64,000 nt of DNA from contig CT868048.1 in NCBI GenBank assembly GCA_000165425.1, positions 124,001 to 188,000 on the forward strand, written 5' to 3'. Positions 54,661 through 64,000 of this stretch are shown here, in pieces; position 1 is the stretch's first letter, and the number at the start of each line of letters is the position of its first letter. This stretch comes from Paramecium tetraurelia. Its lineage: Eukaryota. The position numbers were made by a program, and so were the translations under genes. The notes beneath the pieces were generated by a model. It was not told the DNA's origin and ran no database searches. It was given only the letters and a program-made list of their open reading frames with translations.

Positions 54661-55813
54661 ATGAGAAATAGATAGCAATTTGGACAATCATTCAAAATGA
54701 ATGCATAGATCCCAAAAATAGATAAGACTCCAGTCAAAAGAAGGAGTTGTGAATGTTAAGAATGTGGTTTAGTAAACAAAAAAATGAAATATATTGGATA
54801 TATTATCTAATAATTTTAACCCTATTTCAACGTAGCTCATAAATTGTTTGAAAATGAAAGAAAGAATGATGAAAAGTAAACTAAAATCCAACAACAGAAA
54901 TAGTTGAGATTGAGAAATAAAAGACATAATCATAATAAAGATATGCTCAAAAGAGCAGTCAATGTTATAACATTATAAGAGACATTTGCAAATAATAGAA
55001 AAAAAAATGTAGAACTACCTCCTATCAATATGTGTTCTTTAAAAGAAATTAGAAATAATTAATCCAGTAATTTGCTTTAAATTGTACCTCAAAGAAAAAT
55101 GTGGGATAAACGATAGACTACAATAAAGTTTCAATACTAATCAAATGCTACACACAATCAGAAATGCTAATTGCCTGCTACTCCATTAGAATCTCATCTC
55201 GTTTTTAAAATTAACAAAGTCATCTACTAATCATTTAATTTAAGACATCAGTAAGGAACTCTTGATGATTTTCAGTTTAAATTAAGAATCAATATTTTTG
55301 ATGAAAAAACAGAACCATAGCCAATTAAGCATCAATTAATCATTCCACCTATTAGACAAGAAGAAGACTATGATGAAGAAGAGTCTATGGTTGAATCTGT
55401 TCAATAGATGCCTATTAAACAGAAGCCTAACAGAGAAGAATAATATAAATAAATCTTGAAATATAATAAAAGAAGCTTCGCTAATTTAATTGAATAGGCC
55501 TAACTTACTGAGAGGAAAGCTATCCAAAATTTAATTAAAACCAGTATAGATATACATTTTAAATAGATAATAGTCATAAAATATTACCACTAATGCTTGA
55601 TTAATAACCTTTACCAATCTATATGATCCATAGTAATTATTTGGATGCTCAAAAGACATTCAGAAGTAATAGGCATATTAAACTAGATAAGTTATAGCCA
55701 GCAACTGTGAAGTAATAAAATTGTTAAATTTTAGATCATAAAGTCAACATGTTTAGATAATAAATAAACACAAAAAGAACCTAACAGCTGGGTCTGTATT
55801 ATTAAGATTATGA
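54661..55813 (+). CDS. Hypothetical protein with N-terminal RRSCxCxxCG motif
   Basis: MRNRQQFGQSFKMNAQIPKIDKTPVKRRSCECQECG...; basic low-complexity body; one 3' intron. Confidence 0.65.
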
Positions 55814-55983
55814 TCACTTTTTAATTGTTTCATAAATGGTTGATTATATAAATTAATAATATCTTGATATTCTTTAATTGAATTTTATAATATTCACTAT
55901 TATGTTGGACTGCTAGATTAGTAAATTAAATTGAATTAGAGTACAAGGAATTATTGTAATAATTTGAAAAGTTAATAATAAAT

Positions 55984-57360
55984 TCATTAATCAAAAACGT
56001 TAATTGCAGAACGAGATAATTTCATTTTTTCATCTTTAAATTTAGCATCAAACCCTGATAAATTTAAGTATTTTTATTCTAGAGTTGGATGGTTACTCAT
56101 ATTTTCTTCAATATCTTCAAAATCAACAGTTTCACTATGTAAATTAAAATCCATATGAGGTTGACTTGCAGCAATTTTGATTGGAGCTTACGATGATTAT
56201 TTTAATTATACAGCATCCTGAAAAGATGGCACATATTTAACAACATTCGAAGATGAAGATCCTTAAAATAAATACACAAGAAAATACCAAGATTTGATAT
56301 ATTGGATTGCTTTTTAGTATTAGATCTTTAAGCACCATCATTTCCAGGAACAGCTAAGAACGAACCCTAAACTTTGACTTCCAAAACAGAGTCTTTATTT
56401 TGTTATTTATCTGACCATTCAAATTGATTATCGTAAGTATTAGGATTACTACATTGTTTCATTAATGTCTTAAGCATATCGTAATCAGGTTGGTCTTCAA
56501 AGCCTAAGTTTTTTAGATATCTAAATAATTAATAACATTGGTATACTTAAGATAGTCTACAAATTGAATTGGTAATTCTTTACATAAGGTTTCAATGGTT
56601 GTACTCATTTTAACTTCTCCAACTGCAACAGTTCTATCTTTATCACCAATATTTTATAAATTCTACCATGGTAACTTACTTAAAATTATAATAATTAATT
56701 ACCCTAAAATTAAGTAGATAATGACATACATCATAGATTCCAAATCATCTTTTCTACTAATTTCAAATCCTTTGTGAGCAGCTATTGAAGCATATCTGGT
56801 AGTTCCAATAAATGATTTTCTATCCTTAAACGGGCTCTAATTATATCATTAACTTACATATGTTTCCCCTTATCTAGAATTAATTTTGAAACACCAAAAT
56901 CAACTAAATAAGCAATAGATGTATTTTATTTGCCCATCATTATGTTTTCAGGTTTTAAATCTCTATGCACTATTCCTCTTGAATGCACTAATTTAAAGGT
57001 TGTCAATAATTAATCCAATAATTGCAATCCCGTTTTTAGAGACAATTATTTATATGTTCGACTATAATATCCTAGGTCTTTTCCCAATAATTCAACAACC
57101 ATTACATTATAATTTTATTCTGCTCCAAACCAATAAAGTTTGGTTATTCCTTGTATTCCTTATAATTTCGTCAGTAAATAAACTTCTCTATCCAAAGTTT
57201 CATGTTCTCCTTTTTCTAATTTGACTGCTACTTCTTCTCTTGTTATTTTATGAATTGCTAAATATACAACCCCGAAAGATCCTGAACTCAGTTGATTCTT
57301 TATAATATATTTGTTATCGAAAATTTTAGGTTCTAGATAAGTGCTGGGTAATTTTTTCAT
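55984..57360 (-). CDS. CK1: Casein kinase 1 family protein
   Basis: LSSGSFGVVY, EEVAVKLE, HRDLKPENIMMG, LVDFGVSK, FIGTTRYASIAAHKGFEISRKDDLES, LPWQN, FEDQPDY. Confidence 0.95.
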
Positions 57361-57809
57361 ATTTAATAATTATATTCAAGAATCAAATAAACAAGAATAT
57401 GATTTTCTGATCAATTAATACAAATTAGATATCTTTGGTATATTTACAATCATAATCATGCATACTTTGTAGCTCAAAACTTATATACAATACTCTCTTA
57501 TATTTTGTGATTTTATCTTATTTTAATAAATAATTTATATTTTTATATTGCCTCTAACTGTTTTTGTTTTTATTATACAGATTCCTTATTTTGCTCTTGA
57601 TTCTGTCTGGTATTATATAACTTATTAAATATGATGACGATCATTTTCTAATTATAAATATATATTAATTTCAACTCCAAATCCTTTCTACTTTTATTTT
57701 GTTAGTATACTTTATTTAATGCCCTTTGGTAAATCTTCACCTTTCAATCTAATAATATCCTATTAAAATAAATAAAAATTTAATTCATTTTACAATAAGT
57801 AATTCTTAT

Positions 57810-60050
57810 ATGTTTCCTAAAAATGATATTAGTAATATTGGCACTCAAGTCTTTGCACAATATAAAAAAATGTATGAAGAAATCTGTTAAAGGTTAAAAT
57901 CAGAAAAAGAAGCTTAATTTTATGAACTTGAACTATGGAAGGATAAATATAATGCTCTCTAAAAAACATTTGAATCTCTTAATTAATCAAAAGACAAATA
58001 AGGTGTAAAAATTAAATAAGATTTGAATGATCCTAGGACTTTGAATTAAGTACCAAAAATATCTGGACATCAATAATTAAATTTTTAACCAAATGCAGAA
58101 AAGTAATATTTTTAGATAAAAATTCAATAACTTAATGATCAAATAGCCAAATAAAAAAAATAGATTTAAGATTTAAATGATAAAAATGAAAAGCATTCGA
58201 TTGATAATAAAAAACTAGAAATTGAATATAAAATATATTCAGATTAATTAAACCAACGTAGAAAATCTTCTTAACATTAAATAAGTGATTAATAAATGCT
58301 TCAATATGAGGATAATATATAAAAGCTTATTTAAAAAATTGAGGAGATGAAAAAGGAGAAAAATAATTAAGAAAAATAACTAGAAAAATTAACTAAAGAA
58401 AACTAAGTTTTAAATTAAACTAATGATGAATTAAGAAAGAGTATTCATGATCATGATAAGGGTTAATAGTAAAAAAATTAGTATTAATTGCAATTAAGTG
58501 AATTAGGATTAAAAAACAGTCAGCTATAGAAATTAGTCAAAGATTTAGAAAAATAATAATAGCATCAATAGGATATATCATAATAAACTGCTAAATAAAT
58601 AGAAGAGAAACAAAATGAAATCGAATCGCTTAAAATGAAGATTTAAGAATATTAAAAAGAACTATCAAATCTAAATCAACTCTAAGGTGTTTATGATGAA
58701 TAATAAGAACAACTTTAGTAGTTAGCTTAAATGATAAAAAAGTTAGAAGAAAAACTTTAGGAATCTGCAAATTCAAAATAAAATGGATCAGATAAGAAAT
58801 AATTATCATCAAAATATGATTAATTGTATTAATAGTATACTGATCTGTAAACTTAAGATATTATGAAATAAGAATGGCTTACTCTACAAAAAACTTAACT
58901 TGAAGATCTCAAATAAGAGAATGAATAATTATGTTATAAAATTGAAGAAGTCCAAAAATAAAATAAAGTCTTGATCAGTCAAATCGAAATGCAAAATGAA
59001 GACACGAAATTATCATTTAGTTAATTACAAGATTAAGTTATTTCATATCAATAAATTGTCACTGATAAGAATGAAGAAATTCATTAATTAAAATTAGAAG
59101 TATCAAAATAAAAATGTCATTTATAAAACGAAGATTATGAAGAAAAGATAAAGTAACTTAATAATTAATATGAAAAGTTAGAGTCAGAATCAAAAATGAA
59201 AATAGAATGGATGGAAATTCAAAATGAAGAACTTGAAGAAACTATTAATGAATATGAAAAGAAAATATCAAATTTAGTAGAACAATTAAGTCAATCAAAC
59301 AAAAGCAATACAGGAGGAGACAATAATTAATAGAAAGATTTACTTTACAATCAATTAAAGGAAAGCGTAAAGGAAAGAGATTGTATATTTTATTGTTGTT
59401 ATGTGTAGATTATTACAATTAATATGAATAATTTTTAGAATTGGCTGAAAAAAAGGATAAAATAATTGAGGAATAAGTTAAAATATTAACAGGAAACAAG
59501 CTAGAGTTATCACAACTTAAAGTTCAATTATCATAAATGAATGAAACAAGCAAAGATTTGAAAGAGATGAAGGCTTTTTATGAGTAAAAGGTTATAGAAT
59601 AGGAAAATATAATTTAAAATTTATAATAATAACGAAAATAAACATCAGATTAAGAATATTATGAAAAAATGAATTAAATATTGTAAGAGAACGAAGAACT
59701 TAGATAGTTGAGAAGTGAAAATTAAGAAGAATTGAATAAAAAAGACCAATTGATTGAAGAATTATAAATGTAAATGCTCTCATAGTCATAAGTAACTGGA
59801 AGTTCAGGTAATAAAATATATATACATTTATATAGACTTATAAGAAAGAAAAAGAAGGCAAGAATTGTTGGATAAAGTAAAAGAAGATAAATCTGAAAAG
59901 TCAGGATCTTCGAATGTGTAATTGAAAAAGAATTATGAGATATAAACAAAAGAAGCAAATGAAAAATAATCTCCAAATTTAGATCAAACTTAAGATTAAT
60001 CTAAATCTTCAAAACCTAAAAGTGCTGAAAGTTTAGATTTTCAAGATTGA
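57810..60050 (+). CDS. Long coiled-coil protein
   Basis: MFPKNDISNIGTQVFAQYKKMYEE..ELELWKDKYNAL; Q/E/K heptads over ~730 aa; one intron near 59383. Confidence 0.75.
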
Positions 60051-60082
60051 TTTTTTTGATATTTTGTAAAATAAATGTATGA

Positions 60083-60226
60083 TCATGCCTTCTTAGGTTT
60101 GAATACAATTGCTGCTAATTTTAATACTCCAAATAAAATGGCTGCTTTAAACACTTCTTTCAATTGCTTGCTTCTGAATTCTCTAGTTGCTTACTATTTT
60201 TCTTATTGGGGTTGAAGGAAAAACAT
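60083..60226 (-). CDS. 47-aa tail-anchored microprotein, Tom5-like
   Basis: MFFLQPQQEKQQATREFRSKQLKEVFKAAILFGVLKLAAIVFKPKKA*; single C-terminal hydrophobic helix flanked by Lys. Confidence 0.6.
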
Positions 60227-60278
60227 GATAATTGTATATTTTAATTTTATTTATGATGAGTAATTAATATGATGAGTT

Positions 60279-60611
60279 ATGAATAGTAGATTAGATATAA
60301 GAGAGTTAATATTTAAATATTGTATATAAGCTAATTAAAACTAGATAGAATAATCTAATAGCTTAAATATAACAAATATGCTGTTGGTTCTGCTGATACT
60401 CTCTAAGAAAATCATATTGATAGAGCACATAATTAACATCATAGCAATATTAATCTGATAATCTAACCCTCTAATTTCCAAATATATTTGACATCATCAT
60501 TATAACTAAGGACGATTCATGAGAACAAAGGAAGGTTCTTTAATGTAATTTACATGCTTGAAAGAGTAGCCATTGATGTTTTATAGAAGTAAAAATAACA
60601 AAAAATTTTGA
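60279..60611 (+). CDS. Small hypothetical protein (~93 aa), weak SF3B5-like features
   Basis: Two tiny GT..AG introns give MNSRLDIRDQLKLDRIIQQLKYNKYAVGSADTL..AHNQH..IHENKGRFFNPLMFYRSKNNKKF*. Confidence 0.4.
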
Positions 60612-60634
60612 ATTTACTCATATTATAACTTTTA

Positions 60635-62314
60635 TCATATTATTTTCTTTGGAATAAGAAGATTGTTCTAGTGTATGAATTTACATTTAGGAGATGCTAC
60701 TAAACTTATAGTACTATTTCTTGTAGTTACCCTTTGAGTGTTTAGAGATGGAATTGAGCCTCTATCATGAATTTCTGCTTTGCTTTTGAATGTACCTGAC
60801 TCTTAGGCTGAATCATTATTAATTCTATTTAATCCTAAGAAAAACGAAGACTCAGTTTTTCTAAATGAGTTCTGCTTTACTATTGGTACCTTATTTATTT
60901 TAACAGGACTTAGAGAAGTCTATGTAGATTCTGATAACGCAGGAAGAAGAACCTTGTTGGATTGAACAACTTTAAGATTTTTTTTTGGAGATTCTGGATC
61001 AATTGGAATGATGATATGCTCATTATCTATGCTTAATTGTTGATGAAGCTTTAAAATCTTTAATTCTTGATTAGATTCATTAGTTTGGTTAAGAATTGCA
61101 TTTAAGCGATAATGCTTTTCTTTTTGAGGTATGCTGTTGAGAGTTCTATAAGATTTGGATATTTTATTAGGTCTAGTTATTGATAATTTGTTTAAGAATT
61201 ATTAATTTCTGGGACTTATTGTATCTAGATTTTGTTGATCAAAGTTATCCTCATCAGATTCAGCAATTGAAATCTTAAATTCCGTCAGATCTTTTCTAGA
61301 TTATATGGGAGATTGCTTGATTGATCTTTGCTGTAATTGTATTATAAACAATATCGATTATAATTATTAAAAAATCTATAATGATTATAAAAAGTACTTT
61401 TTTTTTTAGTTCTTGACATATTCCGAATTGCTTAACACTCATAGGAATGGGATCATTAAATTTTCGAGTAATCCATGGATGAACTAATGCTTGAGATGCA
61501 GTATATCGAGAATCTTGATCAAATTATAGCAATCTATATAAAAGGTCTCTTGCAAGGGGAGATGCATGCAAAGGTTGTTCATATTTCAAGTCAGGGAAAC
61601 TATTAATAAATTCTTTTTTTGTAAAAATTCTAGGATAAAAAGGATGCTTTCCTTAATTTAAAAGCATATAAAGCACAACACCACAAGACCACATGTCAAC
61701 AGCTTTGTTATATGCTTTGTTTAAAATTTATTCTGGTGCCATATATATAAAGGTTCCACATTATTACGACACAGTCTAGTAGTAACGAATTTCAGGTTTG
61801 TATTAATAACTTAAACCGAAGTCAGCAATCTTGATACTTGAAAGATCTTCTGTATTTTTTATTAAGATATTATCTATTTTAGTTATACAAAGTACCAGGC
61901 TTAATATCACGATGTATTATCTACTTAGAATGAAGATATTGGATTCCTGTAAAAATAGAATGCATGATCTAACTGATTGTTGACTCTTCTAAGCTTTGCT
62001 TCATAAAGTCATTCAAAGAACCTCCTGCTGCATATTCCATCACCAAATACTGGCAATTCCCTTGTTTAAAATACTATAACTATAATAAAATGTTAAAACC
62101 TAATATAATTTGATAATGTTTTTGTGCTTGAGACTTTCCATAATTGATGTTTCTTAAATTTATGCACCTTGCATGAACTAAACTATTTAACTAATCATAC
62201 CTTGATTGCCACTTCTTCATCTTTATATAATCCCTTATACACTTAACCAAATGCTCCTTCCCCTATCTTTTCAATGATTCTGATGTCTTTTTCATGGAAA
62301 AAATCATGTCTCAT
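60635..62314 (-). CDS. Ser/Thr protein kinase (CAMK-like) with long basic tail
   Basis: IGEGAFGQVY, VAIK, LVMEYAAGG, IHRDIKPDNIL, IADFGLS, CGTFIYMAPE, DMWSCG, ALVHPWI. Confidence 0.9.
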
Positions 62315-62497
62315 ATTTTTAATTATTATTTAATTGATCAATCTCAACTCCTCAATTCTTATTATATGATTCATTACATTACAACTTGTATTCAAAATTC
62401 TAATATTAATATAGAAAATATACAAGATTCATCAAAATTCAATTCCAAATTAAGAACAATCCAATTAGGGATAATTTAATTTAACAATTATTACGTA

Positions 62498-63055
62498 ATG
62501 AAAAACATACTCAGCAGTTTCCCACCCTTTATAAACAGGAATTCTAATTTTCAAGCTGACAACATTGAGTTTAAGAAGAATCTTTTTCATTTTGAACCTC
62601 TAAATATTAATACTTAACTAATAAAGCAGATAAGAATCAAAAAAGAAAGAACATTATCTCCGAATCCTATTTAGAATCCACATGCTTTAATCTTATCTAA
62701 AATTAATGTCTAAAAATAAGCCTTGAAAAAAGTCAAACTCAAATCAAGCATAGATTACAGAGCTTTGCAAGAATTAGATTTTAATGCTTAGCTCTAATTT
62801 TTATAACCAACATCCTTTATTCATGCTTCTACCAATAGAAGCCATATGAAAGACATTAATTTATTGAGAAGATAGAAATGTAGAGATAAAGTCTAATTTT
62901 GCAATTAAAAAATTGAAACTGAAAGGAAAATTCAGTCAAAATTTTGCTTGTGTTTACCGAAACTTCACAATAGTTTAGACATAAATTAATCAAGAGACTC
63001 TCTCAATAGTTGGACTATGAATAGCACTTTCGGTTTATTCTAAGTTATTAGTTGA
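62498..63055 (+). CDS. Hypothetical protein (185 aa)
   Basis: Intronless frame MKNILSSFPPFINRNSNF...DSLNSWTMNSTFGLFQVIS*. Confidence 0.6.
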
Positions 63056-63142
63056 TTAAATTAATTTAAATAAAATAACAAAGTAACAAATTGAAAAATT
63101 TCTATTTATTTAAATTGATTAGATCTGTATAATTCATGGTTA

Positions 63143-64000
<858 letters not shown>

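Noticed and set aside
57376..57760. Long TGA-free minus-strand frame upstream of CK1
   Set aside because: No in-frame ATG or recognisable domain found; could be chance or a gene remnant.

Overview
This is AT-rich, gene-dense eukaryotic DNA from a ciliate macronuclear chromosome, most likely Paramecium (aurelia-type; the species cannot be fixed from sequence alone). Genes read through TAA/TAG as Gln, stop only at TGA, and carry tiny (~21-32 nt) GT..AG introns. The supplied standard-code ORF track therefore shows only fragments and antisense shadows. Translating by hand with the ciliate code gives about 35 genes. They include ELP2, VPS39/Vam6, an ARP1/centractin-like actin, RPS23, casein kinase 1, a TEY MAP kinase, an Aurora-like kinase and several other kinases or pseudokinases. 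Also present are a hybrid histidine kinase, a CNBD K+ channel, a trichocyst matrix protein, a PTGES2-like Grx/GST protein, a Myb protein, a senescence/spartin-domain protein, a DUSP-USP, a MORN protein, two Cys-rich surface proteins and coiled-coil proteins. I saw no RNA genes, transposases, telomeric repeats or CRISPR arrays, and no convincing multi-gene novel system. The best leads are a catalytically dead DUSP-USP, a head-to-head pair of microproteins (Tom5-like and possibly SF3B5-like), a secreted acidic beta/gamma-crystallin protein, and a 32-bp quasi-palindromic bidirectional promoter. Coordinates span start to stop including introns, were derived by eye, and family calls rest on remembered motifs rather than database searches.
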